Assembly: GCA_041497675.1 (NCBI GenBank)
Contig: JBGQGY010000068.1
Location: 1-19,583, forward strand
Reading direction: 5' to 3'
DNA from: a bacterium
GTDB taxonomy: Bacteria; Sysuimicrobiota; Sysuimicrobiia; Sysuimicrobiales; Humicultoraceae
DNA length: 19,583 nt
A program made the position numbers and the translations under genes. Each line of letters begins with the position of its first letter. The stretch's first letter is position 1. The notes under the pieces are model-generated. The model had not been told where the DNA came from. It did no database searches and saw only the letters and a program-made list of their open reading frames with translations. This document shows positions 1 to 8,139 of the stretch, one piece after another.

Positions 1-753
1 GGCCTTCGAGGCTACCGTCGAAAACCGTGGATCCACGACCACGACCTTTGCGCCACGGGCACGCGCCGCCGCGAAGTCCTGCATCATCGTGTTGTGGGCG
101 TTCTCGCCGATGTGCGTGCCCAGCAGGACGATGTAGCGCGTGTGCTCCCAGTCCACCGGCTCATGGGCGCCGAGCGGCCGGCCAAAGGTCAGGTTGGCGG
201 CCACCTCACGCGGTGTCGTGCACATGCTGACGGAGGGTCTGGCCGCGTTTGGCGATCCCCAGGCGGGCGCCAGGTAATCGACGAACCACTTGTCGCCCAT
301 GTAATGGCCGAAGAACGCGACCGCTTCGGGGCCGTATTGCTCTTTGATCTTGAGGAGGGCCTTCGCGGTGACGTCGAGCGCTTCGTCCCAGCTCGCCTCG
401 CGGAACCGTCCCTCACCGCGCGCGCCGGTGCGGATCAGCGGTGTCTTTAGGCGATCGGGGTCATAGAGTTCGCCGATCCCTGCCAGTCCGCGGGCGCAGA
501 GCCGGCCGTTGGACTTCGGATTCTCCGGGTGACCCTCGAGCTTCCAGAGTCGTCCATCGCCGACGTGGGCGACCGCGCCGCAACGCCAGAGGCACATCTC
601 GCAAACCGTCGGGACGGCGACCGTGGGCTTCTGGTACCAGAACCGCCGTCGAGGTGGGAGGGCACGTCGAAGGGCGGGGGCGGAGACCGCCGCGGCCGCG
701 CCGACCGCCCCGCTGGCGACAATTAAGAAATCACGGCGGGTGAGTCTCATCAT
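1..753 (-). CDS. psrA: Polysulfide/thiosulfate reductase catalytic subunit (PsrA/PhsA-like Mo/W-bisPGD oxidoreductase), N-terminal 251 codons; runs off the window
   Basis: Not in the ORF track; translated by hand from ATG 753 (SD-like AGGTGG upstream): MMRLTRRDFLIVASGAVG (twin-arginine signal), CEMCLWRCG...GRLCARG (4Fe-4S cluster), YDPDRLKTPLIR, SWDEALD, YGPEAVAFFGH, WGSPNAARPSVSMCTTPRE (probable Cys Mo ligand), GAKVVVVDPRFS. Closely resembles Thermus thermophilus PsrA as I recall it. Confidence 0.88.
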   Translation of the reverse strand, partial: MMRLTRRDFLIVASGAVGAAAAVSAPALRRALPPRRRFWYQKPTVAVPTVCEMCLWRCGAVAHVGDGRLWKLEGHPENPKSNGRLCARGLAGIGELYDPDRLKTPLIRTGARGEGRFREASWDEALDVTAKALLKIKEQYGPEAVAFFGHYMGDKWFVDYLAPAWGSPNAARPSVSMCTTPREVAANLTFGRPLGAHEPVDWEHTRYIVLLGTHIGENAHNTMMQDFAAARARGAKVVVVDPRFSTVASKA

Positions 754-846
754 GACCGATACCACCTGAACCCATCGTGCGACGGCCCCGACGGTTTGCC
801 CATCGGGCCCAGGTGGTAACTATGGAAGGCAGTCTCCCGACAGGGC

Positions 847-864
847 ATCGGGTGGACGCCCTAT
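847..864. promoter_or_regulatory. Palindromic operator box upstream of psrA
   Basis: ATCGGG-TGGACG-CCCTAT; minus-strand -10-like CATAGT (824-819) lies 22 nt away. Confidence 0.72.
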
Positions 865-898
865 GTGGGAAACGGTGTCGTGCGCAGGTACCCACCGT

Positions 899-1401
899 CT
901 AGCGGCTTCTTACGGGCTTTGCGCGCGCGAGTTTTCGTCGGACGGCGTCACCGGTCAATTCGCGCACTGCATCCGCGGCAATCCAGCGGGCGGCCCTCGA
1001 CGACATCTGTTGAATCGCTTTGGCTTGCGCGATGGCCTTGCGGTCCAGCCGCCGGTTCCGCTTGCCGATTTGTCGCAGCGCCCAGTTGATACCTGATCAC
1101 AAACATCCCACGAGTCGAAGGTCGCCGCCCAGCGGTTCATTTGCGCTCGGGTCACGCGCCCCGGATCGTCGATGAATCCGGCCAAGATGCGCGCCTCGTG
1201 CACGCCCGACGCCCATAACGCCTGCGCGAGGGGGTGATCAGTGCCGATCTCACCGGCGATCCGGCGAAGGACCGGGATCGAGATACCCAGGGTGCGTGTC
1301 GGGTTGATGCCAAACCGCGCCATCCCCGCCGCGTTGGTTGGGTTGGCCATCCGGCGCAGTCGACGGAGAATGGCCGCGGCCTTGAGGCCGCCGGTCACCA
1401 C
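899..1401 (-). pseudogene. AlkD-like DNA alkylation repair protein with an internal deletion and frameshift
   Basis: First frame from GTG 1401 gives ...GMARFGI...LGISIPVLRRIA...LAQALWASGVHEARILA...FDSWDVCDQV. A different frame from 1090 gives the family C-terminus INWALRQIGKRN...AARWIAADAVREL...* (stop 901-899). The middle region of the family is absent. Confidence 0.8.
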
Positions 1402-2712
1402 CTACGCCACCGCCGGCACGGTCCCCCTGACGTCATCGCCGGTGTGCGCCAGGCGTCTGACCAGTTCACCGTGGTAGACGCTCAGGTCGATCATCTTGCG
1501 GGCCACGCCGGCAGCCATGGCCGCCTGCGCCACCGCCGGCGCCACGCGCATCAGCAGCCGTGGGTCCAATGGCTTGGGGATCAGATAGTCGGGTCCAAAG
1601 CGCAGCGCGCGCAACCCGTAGGCGCGCAGCACGGCGTCCGGCACGTCCTCCTTGGCCAATGCCGCTAGGGCCTTCGTGGCGGCGATCTTCATGTCGTCGG
1701 TGATGGCCCGAGCCCGGACGTCCAATGCGCCGCGGAAGATGAACGGAAACCCGAGCACGTTGTTGACTTGGTTTGGATAGTCCGATCGGCCGGTGGCGAC
1801 GATGACGTCTGGCCGCGCCGCCCGGGCGTCGTCGAAGCCGATTTCCGGGTCGGGGTTGGCGAGGGCGAAGACGATCGGCACCGGGGCCATCGAGCGGACC
1901 ATGGCCGGGCTGACGATCCCTCCAACCGAAAGACCGATGAACACGTCGGCGCCGGAGAGGGCGTCGGCCAGCGTGCGCGCCGGAGTATCCGCCGCAAACC
2001 GTTCCTTGTACGGGTTCATCCCCGCGGCGCGGCCCTTGTGGACGACACCCCGTGTGTCCACGAGCATGATGCGGGTCCTGGGCATCCCGAGCCTGACGAA
2101 GAACTCGCCGCACGCGATGGCCGCCGCGCCGGCGCCGCTGATGACCACCGTCACCTCGTCGATGCGTTTGCCGGCCACTTCGAGGGCGTTGAGCAGCGCC
2201 GCACCGGTGATGATCGCCGTGCCGTGCTGATCGTCATGGAAGACCGGAATGTCCAACAGGGTCTTCAAGCGCTCCTCGATCACGAAGCATTCGGGCGCCT
2301 TGATATCTTCCAAGTTGATCCCGCCGAACGTCGGCTCGAGGGCCTTGACGATGCGCACGATGTCGTCAGGGTCCGTCGCGTTGATCTCGATGTCGAAGAC
2401 GTCGACATCGGCGAAGCGCTTGAAGAGGAGCGCTTTTCCTTCCATGACCGGCTTGGCGGCCAGGGCACCAACGTTGCCCAGACCGAGAACGGCCGTGCCG
2501 TTGGTGACGACCGCCACGAGGTTCTCCCGCGCGGTATAGGCGTACGCAGCAGCAGGGTCGGCGTAGATTGCCCGGACGGGTTCGGCCACGCCGGGCGTGT
2601 ACGCCAGGGATAGGTCGTGTTGTGTCGCGCATGGTTTGGTGATCTGGATGGCGATCTTTCCAGGCCGGCCGGTCGCATGGTATCGTAGTGTCTCTTCCCG
2701 CAGGCTGCTCAC
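1402..2712 (-). CDS. NAD(P)-dependent malic enzyme (MaeB-type catalytic domains, no PTA domain)
   Basis: 436 aa; [73 protein letters not shown] upstream of GTG. Confidence 0.95.
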   Translation of the reverse strand: MSSLREETLRYHATGRPGKIAIQITKPCATQHDLSLAYTPGVAEPVRAIYADPAAAYAYTARENLVAVVTNGTAVLGLGNVGALAAKPVMEGKALLFKRFADVDVFDIEINATDPDDIVRIVKALEPTFGGINLEDIKAPECFVIEERLKTLLDIPVFHDDQHGTAIITGAALLNALEVAGKRIDEVTVVISGAGAAAIACGEFFVRLGMPRTRIMLVDTRGVVHKGRAAGMNPYKERFAADTPARTLADALSGADVFIGLSVGGIVSPAMVRSMAPVPIVFALANPDPEIGFDDARAARPDVIVATGRSDYPNQVNNVLGFPFIFRGALDVRARAITDDMKIAATKALAALAKEDVPDAVLRAYGLRALRFGPDYLIPKPLDPRLLMRVAPAVAQAAMAAGVARKMIDLSVYHGELVRRLAHTGDDVRGTVPAVA

Positions 2713-2776
2713 GGGTAAGCCCTCCTTTGGAGCCGTCGATTCAGTTCCACTGTGGACCCGCGGACCGACCCCCTCT

Positions 2777-2794
2777 ATCGGGCACCCGCCCGAT
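2777..2794. promoter_or_regulatory. Palindromic operator box for the malic enzyme promoter
   Basis: ATCGGG-CACCCG-CCCGAT (perfect arms); minus-strand CACAGT (2754-2749) 22 nt away. Confidence 0.8.
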
Positions 2795-2812
2795 TTTCAG
2801 GCTCGAGCGCGG

Positions 2813-2830
2813 ATCGGCTGCCCGCCCGAT
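2813..2830. promoter_or_regulatory. Palindromic operator box for the USP promoter
   Basis: ATCGGC-TGCCCG-CCCGAT; plus-strand TATCGT (2854-2859) 23 nt downstream. Confidence 0.78.
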
Positions 2831-2898
2831 AGCCGCCCGGCTGGCGCGCGGTCTATCGTGATGTTGGAACCGCCGATCTGTAGGGGGAGGGTTGGATC

Positions 2899-3390
2899 AT
2901 GGATGCCATACAGCGGATGCTCGTCGCGACGGATCTCTCGGACATTTCGACCAGCATCTACAAAACCGCGGCAGATCTTGCCGGGCGGACGAAAGCTGAG
3001 ATGATCGTCGCACACATCGCGAGTCCTGAGGAATACGCGGAGACGCTGCGCGAAGTACATCTGAGCGTCGATGAGTACCTTGAGCGATTTCGGTCCACGA
3101 TCCGCTTCGCCGTCCGCAAGGCGATCGGTGAGACTGTGCCCGTGCAGGCCGAGGTCGTCATGCGCGCGCGAAGCGTGGCCGCCGACCTGCTGGACTTGGC
3201 CACCCGCCTGCACGTAGATCTGATCGTGATGGGCACTCACGGTCGCACCGGTGTGCCCAGAGCCCTCCTGGGCAGCGTCGCCGAAGAAGTTATCCGCCAC
3301 GCCGGGCTCCCGGTCCTTGTCGTGCCGATGTTCCGTCGCCCAGCGAAAGCGGCGGAGGTCGTGGCTGCTCGTAGCGGGGGAGGGATCTAG
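2899..3390 (+). CDS. Universal stress protein (single USP domain)
   Basis: 163 aa; [10 protein letters not shown]-terminus and [27 protein letters not shown] (G-2X-G-9X-GS ATP-binding type); SD GGGGAGG. Confidence 0.93.
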   Translation: MDAIQRMLVATDLSDISTSIYKTAADLAGRTKAEMIVAHIASPEEYAETLREVHLSVDEYLERFRSTIRFAVRKAIGETVPVQAEVVMRARSVAADLLDLATRLHVDLIVMGTHGRTGVPRALLGSVAEEVIRHAGLPVLVVPMFRRPAKAAEVVAARSGGGI

Positions 3391-3392
3391 CG

Positions 3393-3584
3393 ATGCATGA
3401 GGATCTGCTTGCCCATGCGCTGATGCAGGAGCGTCTCGCTGAGCTCGAGCGGCGGCGCCTGATCCGGGAGGCGGAACGAGCACTGTTTGGGAAAGCCACC
3501 CGGCGGCCGCTGGCCCGGAGAATATTTCCCCGGCGGACAACGGCGCCACGCGGCGCCCGTCCGCCCGAGAAGCGCGCGGCCTGA
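3393..3584 (+). CDS. Small hypothetical protein (63 aa; helical N-half, Arg-rich C-half)
   Basis: ATG 2 nt after the USP stop, preceded by GGGGAGGG; exactly fills the gap to the convergent fhs stop. Confidence 0.6.
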   Translation: MHEDLLAHALMQERLAELERRRLIREAERALFGKATRRPLARRIFPRRTTAPRGARPPEKRAA

Positions 3585-3585
3585 T

Positions 3586-5232
3586 CTACGAGATACCGTT
3601 GATGGTCCCGTCAGGGGCCAGGTCAATGGCCCACACCCGCGGCCGCGGCGGCAGGGCCGGCATCGTCATCATGTCGCCTGCCAGGGCGAGGACGAAGCCC
3701 GCGCCGGCCCGCACCTCGACGTCGCGGATGTGAATCGCAAACCCCTGCGGGACCCCGCCGACATGCGGGTCATCCGTTAGCGAGTATTGCGTCTTCGCGA
3801 TACACACGGGGAATCGGCCGAACCCGCGCGCTTCAAATTCCTTTAGGTGCTGGAGGGCCGCGTCCGCGAAGGTGACGCCTGAGGCGTTGTACACCTCGCG
3901 GGCGACCACATCCAGCTTCTCCGCCAGACCGGCCTCCGGGCCATAGAGCCTGCCCCCGGAGTCCGGCGGCCCGGCCGCGCACTCGTCCAGCACGATGCGG
4001 GCCAGATCGCGTGCACCCGCGCTGCCGGCGGTGAATGCGGTCGAGACCGCGGCGGGTATGCCCCACTCGTGAGCCGCCCGCTCGATCACGTCCAGTTCGT
4101 CGGGGCGGTCGGTGTCGAAGGCGTTGATGCAGATCACGGGACGCATGCCCAGCCGGCGCACGATCTGCACGTGATGGCGCAACTGCGCCAGTCCTGTCGT
4201 CACGGCCGCGGGCGCCGGTTCTCCCAGCCGCGTCAGCGGGACGCCGCCGTGATACTTGAACGCGCGGACGGTGACGACGATTACGGCGACGCGCGGATGC
4301 GGCCCGCCGTGCGCTTCGACGAGGTTCACAAACTTTTCCGCGCCGAGGTCCGCACCGAATCCGGCTTCGACCACCACGTAGTGGGCTAGTTTCCTCGCCA
4401 GCAGCAGTGAAACGAGCGAGCTCGTGCCGTGCGCGATGTTGGCGAACGGGCCCGCGTGGATGAGCGCGGGCCCACCGTCCTGTGTTTGCGCCAGGTTGGG
4501 TTGCAGAGCGTCTCGGAGCAATGCCGCCATGGCGCCCGCCGCGTGCAGGTCTTCCGCGGTCACCGGCGTGCCATCACGCGTCTGGCCCACGACAATGCGG
4601 CCCAGCCGGGCCCGGAGGTCCGCGTAGTCGCACGCCAGGCCCAGGACCGCCATCACTTCCGAAGCGGCCGTGATGTCGAACTGATCCTCGCGCGGGGCGC
4701 TCCCCAACCCCACGATCACGTGCCGTAGGGCTCGGTCGTTTGTGTCGAGCACACGGTGAAACGTCGGGCGCCGGATGTCCGGCTGGGGTTCGCGTCCTCG
4801 GAAGATGTGGTCGTCGAGTACTGCGGCCAACAGGTTGTTGGCGGCGGTGACGGCGTGGAAGTCGCCGGTGAAATGGAGGTTGATCTCCGCGGCGGGTTCA
4901 ACGGTGCAGCGCCCGCCGCCCGTCGCGCCGCCCTTCAGGCCGAACACGGGCCCCATTGACGGCTCGCGTAGGCACACGACAGTCGGGGCGCTGCTCGCCC
5001 GCAGTGCCTGGGCGAGCGCGATGGCCGTCACCGTCTTGCCTTCGCCTGCCGGCGTGGGGGTGATGGCGGTGACCAGGACGACGTGGCCGTCGGGCCTGCT
5101 GCGCCGCAGCGCCAGCGCGTCCAGCCTCACCTTGGCTTTGAAATGACCGAACAATTCGAGCTCAGACGGATCGAGTCCGACCTCCGCTGCCACCGCGGTG
5201 ATCGGGCGCAATCCCGTCGCAATCGCGGCCAT
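3586..5232 (-). CDS. fhs: Formate--tetrahydrofolate ligase
   Basis: 548 aa; TPAGEGKT, GPVFGLKGGATGGG, NLHFTGDFHA, GPFANIAHG, EAGFGADLGAEKF, CIAKTQYS; SD GGGGAGG. Confidence 0.97.
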   Translation of the reverse strand: MAAIATGLRPITAVAAEVGLDPSELELFGHFKAKVRLDALALRRSRPDGHVVLVTAITPTPAGEGKTVTAIALAQALRASSAPTVVCLREPSMGPVFGLKGGATGGGRCTVEPAAEINLHFTGDFHAVTAANNLLAAVLDDHIFRGREPQPDIRRPTFHRVLDTNDRALRHVIVGLGSAPREDQFDITAASEVMAVLGLACDYADLRARLGRIVVGQTRDGTPVTAEDLHAAGAMAALLRDALQPNLAQTQDGGPALIHAGPFANIAHGTSSLVSLLLARKLAHYVVVEAGFGADLGAEKFVNLVEAHGGPHPRVAVIVVTVRAFKYHGGVPLTRLGEPAPAAVTTGLAQLRHHVQIVRRLGMRPVICINAFDTDRPDELDVIERAAHEWGIPAAVSTAFTAGSAGARDLARIVLDECAAGPPDSGGRLYGPEAGLAEKLDVVAREVYNASGVTFADAALQHLKEFEARGFGRFPVCIAKTQYSLTDDPHVGGVPQGFAIHIRDVEVRAGAGFVLALAGDMMTMPALPPRPRVWAIDLAPDGTINGIS

Positions 5233-5289
5233 CGATGCCTCCCCAAACCAGACCTGCTTTCAGGCTACGGACCGGCCCCACGCCGGGCC

Positions 5290-5307
5290 ATCCGTCGAAG
5301 GCCCGAT
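5290..5307. promoter_or_regulatory. Operator box for the fhs promoter
   Basis: ATCCGT-CGAAGG-CCCGAT; minus-strand TAGCCT (5267-5262) 22 nt away. Confidence 0.68.
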
Positions 5308-5339
5308 TCTCGCCCGCGGCGCGCGGCCAGCCGCGCAGG

Positions 5340-5357
5340 ATCAGATATTCGCCCGAT
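5340..5357. promoter_or_regulatory. Operator box for the ybaK-PRODH-capA promoter
   Basis: ATCAGA-TATTCG-CCCGAT; extended -10 TG-T-GATGCT (hexamer 5380-5385) 22 nt downstream. Confidence 0.7.
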
Positions 5358-5422
5358 AGTGGCGGCCCCCGACCCGTGTGATGCTAACAATGGAGCAATG
5401 TAACAGGGAGGAGGGAGATGCC

Positions 5423-5929
5423 ATGACATGCCGGGAGCGCCTCGAGCGAGTCTTTCACGAACTGGGGGTGCCGTACCGCGTCACCCCGCATCATCTCGCG
5501 TATACGGCGCAGGAAGTCGCCACGACCGAGCACATCAGCGGCTACGCTGTCGCCAAGGTGGTGATCGTCATGACTGACGATGCGCCGGTTATGGTCGTCC
5601 TGCCGGCGCCGCTTCGCGTCCACCTAGAGAAAGTGAAGGGCGCGTTCGAGGCCAAGACGGCCCGCCTGGCCAGCGAGAAAGAGTTTGTGGAATTCTTCCC
5701 CGACTGCGACGTCGGCGCGATGCCGCCGTTTGGCAACCTCTATGGCGTTCCGGTCTGCGTCGACCGTCGCCTGACGGTTGATCCGGAGATCACCTTCAAC
5801 GCCGGCTCGCATCGCGAGACGATGACCATCGCGTACGGTGACTTCGAGCGCTTGGTCCGTCCGAAGATTGCCGAAGTCTCCATGCCACCGGCGGAGCAGC
5901 CGGTCTCAGAGTACGAGATGAGGCGATGA
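5423..5929 (+). CDS. YbaK/EbsC/ProX-family aminoacyl-tRNA deacylase-like protein
   Basis: AYTAQEVA, VAKVVIV, RLASEKE..FPDCDVGAMPPFGNLYG, FNAGSH; start moved to ATG 5423, which follows GGAGGAGGGAG (168 aa). Confidence 0.9.
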   Translation: MTCRERLERVFHELGVPYRVTPHHLAYTAQEVATTEHISGYAVAKVVIVMTDDAPVMVVLPAPLRVHLEKVKGAFEAKTARLASEKEFVEFFPDCDVGAMPPFGNLYGVPVCVDRRLTVDPEITFNAGSHRETMTIAYGDFERLVRPKIAEVSMPPAEQPVSEYEMRR

Positions 5930-6903
5930 GCACGAGGGCGGGCGCGGCACCGCTTCCGGGTCAGAGCCAGCCGCGGCAGCGCCCGCCCTTCGTCCGCACG
6001 TTCGTTCTGGGATTGTCCCGGACGCGGCCTGTGCGTCATCTCGTCACGCGTACGGGTCTGTTCCGGCCGGTCGTGAACCGGTTCATCGCGGGTGAGACCC
6101 CCGCCGCCGCCCTCACCGCCGTGGCCGACCTCAACGCCCGCGGCCTGCTTGTCACCGTCGATCTGCTTGGCGAGGCGACCGTCAGCGACGCCCTCGCCCG
6201 GCAGGCCGCGCTGGGCTACGTCAGGATATTGGACGCTTTGAGCCGGCGCGGGTTGCGCAGTCACGTTTCGGTCAAGCTCTCGCAACTGGGGCTCGACCTC
6301 TCGCTTGACACGGCCGAGGCGTGGCTGCGTGACATCGTGGCGCATGCGCAGACCAGCCGGACGTTTGTGCGGGTGGACATGGAGGATAGCGGGCGCCTGG
6401 CTGCGACCCAGCGGGTGTTTGACCGCGTATGGCATGCGGGGGCGCGCAACGTTGGAATCGCCCTGCAGGCCTATCTGTATCGCACCCCAGACGACGCCAG
6501 ACGCTACGCGGCCCGCGGTGTGAGCATCAGGTTGTGCAAGGGCGCGTACGCCGAACCCCCGGACCTCGCATATGCGCGCAAGGCCGACGTCGATGCGGCG
6601 TTTGTCCGCCTGATGCACCAGGTGCTTGGCAGCGAGAGCTATCTCGCCATCGCCACCCACGACGAGCGTCTGATCGAACAGGCGAAGACGCTCGCGGCGG
6701 CGAGGAACATCGCGTCGGAACGGTTCGAGTTTCAGATGTTGTACGGTATCCGCCGGGACCTGCAGGAGTTGCTGGTGCGGCAGGGTTACCGCGTGCGCGT
6801 CTACGTGCCGTTCGGCACCCATTGGTATCCGTACTTCATGCGGCGGCTTGCCGAGCGTCCCGCCAACGTGCTCTTCCTGGCCCGACACCTGATCCGGCGC
6901 TAG
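5926..6903 (+). CDS. Monofunctional proline dehydrogenase
   Basis: RFIAGET, DLLGE, SVKLSQLGL, VDMED, LQAYLYRT, RLCKGAY, IATHD, EFQMLYG, YVPFG..WYPYFMRRLAERP; ATGA overlap with the upstream gene. Confidence 0.95.
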   Translation: MSTRAGAAPLPGQSQPRQRPPFVRTFVLGLSRTRPVRHLVTRTGLFRPVVNRFIAGETPAAALTAVADLNARGLLVTVDLLGEATVSDALARQAALGYVRILDALSRRGLRSHVSVKLSQLGLDLSLDTAEAWLRDIVAHAQTSRTFVRVDMEDSGRLAATQRVFDRVWHAGARNVGIALQAYLYRTPDDARRYAARGVSIRLCKGAYAEPPDLAYARKADVDAAFVRLMHQVLGSESYLAIATHDERLIEQAKTLAAARNIASERFEFQMLYGIRRDLQELLVRQGYRVRVYVPFGTHWYPYFMRRLAERPANVLFLARHLIRR

Positions 6904-6906
6904 CTT

Positions 6907-7953
6907 ATGCGCCTCGCGTTGCTCGGCGATGTCATGTTGGGCCGGCTGGTGAACGAGGCGCTTCGTGCCCTCCCGCCCGCATACCCGTGGGGCGACACCC
7001 TGCCGATCTTGCGCGCGGCGGACGTGGTGATCGCCAACCTGGAATGCGTTCTCGCGGACCACGGCGTGCCGCAGCCCGAGAAGGTATTCACCTTTCGTTC
7101 CGATACGAAGAACGTCGCTGTCCTGAATGCGGCGCGGGTCGCAGCGGTCTCGCTCGCCAACAACCACTCGCTGGACTACGGATGCGAGGCGCTGGTCGAG
7201 TGTCTTTCAGTGCTTCACGGGTGCGGGATCGCCGTAGCTGGGGCCGGTCGATCACTGGACGAGGCCGCCGCGCCCGTGCTGGTGTCTCTCCGCGGTCGCG
7301 CCTCACCGGTGGCTGATGTCCCAGCGCTCGCCCTGGTGGGCTGGACCGACAATGAGCCCGCGTGGGAAGCCGGTCCGCACACGCCCGGCGTATTCTACGT
7401 GTCGCTGACGCCGGACGGTGATGACCCGAGGGAGGAGGCCCTGCTCTCGGTCGTCGCGGCCGCCGCGAATGCGGGGCAGTGTGTCATTGTGTCCGCGCAC
7501 TGGGGGCCGAACTGGGGCGTCGAGCCGCTGGCCGACCATGTCCGGGTTGCGCGTCGGCTGATCGACGCGGGCGCCGACGTGATCTTCGGCCACAGCCCCC
7601 ACGTCTTTCGGGGGGTGGAACTGTATCGCGGAAAACCCATCTTCTATGGCTGCGGGGACTTCATCGACGACTACTACGTCGATGCTGTGGAGCGCAATGA
7701 TCTGTCGTGCGTGTCCGTCCTGGACTATGAAGAGGGGCGCCTGCGGCGGCTCTTGCTGTATCCTACGGTCATTCGGCGGTTCCAGGCTCGCCTGGCCCGT
7801 GGTGCCGATCGTGAGATGTTCCTGGAGCGCGCGGCCCGAGTCTGCCGGGCGTGCGGTACCCGGACCCACCTCGTTCCCGAGGGTCTTGAGATCCCCCCGG
7901 ATATACAGCGTTCGCCCGATGGCGCGGGGACGCGCGGTGCTCTAGCATACTAA
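6907..7953 (+). CDS. CapA/PGA_cap family metallophosphatase-fold protein
   Basis: LGDVMLGR, ANLEC, SLANNHSLDYG, SAHWG, GADVIFGHSPH, YGCGDFIDDY. Confidence 0.92.
   Translation: MRLALLGDVMLGRLVNEALRALPPAYPWGDTLPILRAADVVIANLECVLADHGVPQPEKVFTFRSDTKNVAVLNAARVAAVSLANNHSLDYGCEALVECLSVLHGCGIAVAGAGRSLDEAAAPVLVSLRGRASPVADVPALALVGWTDNEPAWEAGPHTPGVFYVSLTPDGDDPREEALLSVVAAAANAGQCVIVSAHWGPNWGVEPLADHVRVARRLIDAGADVIFGHSPHVFRGVELYRGKPIFYGCGDFIDDYYVDAVERNDLSCVSVLDYEEGRLRRLLLYPTVIRRFQARLARGADREMFLERAARVCRACGTRTHLVPEGLEIPPDIQRSPDGAGTRGALAY
7903..7948 (+). promoter_or_regulatory. Operator box plus -10 inside the 3' end of capA, pointing at the candidate ncRNA
   Basis: ATACAG-CGTTCG-CCCGAT (7903-7920; one perfect arm) and TAGCAT (7943-7948) 22 nt downstream; implied start near 7955-7956. 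Confidence 0.6.
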
Positions 7954-7955
7954 TC

Positions 7956-8127
7956 GAGGAGCGCGGGCGACCGGCGAACGAGCTGAGTCAACGACGCGCA
8001 CGTAGACGCTGAGAGTCAATTGAGGACCTTCGGAGGGTAACTCCGGGGAGTCGTTCACGAACGGCAGGCGTCGGCGGCGTGTTCGGAGACAACGGAAGGG
8101 CCGGAACAGCCACGAATCACGCTCCTC
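7956..8127 (+). ncRNA. Candidate structured RNA (rod-shaped, 6S-like architecture) or structured 5' leader
   Basis: Hand-folded nested pairings: 7956-63/8120-27, 7966-68/8109-11, 7971-75/8100-04, 7994-99/8077-82, 8005-10/8067-72, 8021-23/8055-57, 8025-27/8050-52, 8028-35/8041-48 with a GGUAA loop. G-U pairs favour the + strand; no convincing ORF. Confidence 0.6.
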
Positions 8128-8139
8128 TTAATATTTCCT

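Noticed and set aside
774..841. Extra degenerate boxes upstream of psrA (774-792, 824-841)
   Set aside because: Wrong spacer length or only one arm matching; not distinguishable from chance.
872..898. Possible terminator after the alkD-like gene (ACGGTG/CACCGT)
   Set aside because: Only a 6-bp stem with a large loop and a three-U tail; too weak to call.
2777..2830. Repeated CCCGCCCGAT units as a CRISPR, REP or MITE repeat
   Set aside because: Too short, no spacer array or cas genes, and their fixed position relative to -10 elements fits operators.
3586..5232. fhs as evidence of a Wood-Ljungdahl pathway
   Set aside because: No folD, metF, acs or fdh genes in the window, and fhs is widespread in non-acetogens.
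5740..7167. 475-aa minus ORF and the many other long alternative-frame ORFs
   Set aside because: They overlap well-supported genes, have no motifs, and are expected from stop-codon scarcity at high GC.
8005..8050. Minus-strand GGAG...CCGAAGG...ACTCTCAG resembling a glycine riboswitch
   Set aside because: The P2/P3 layout does not fit, there is no minus-strand gene downstream, and G-U pairs favour the plus-strand fold.
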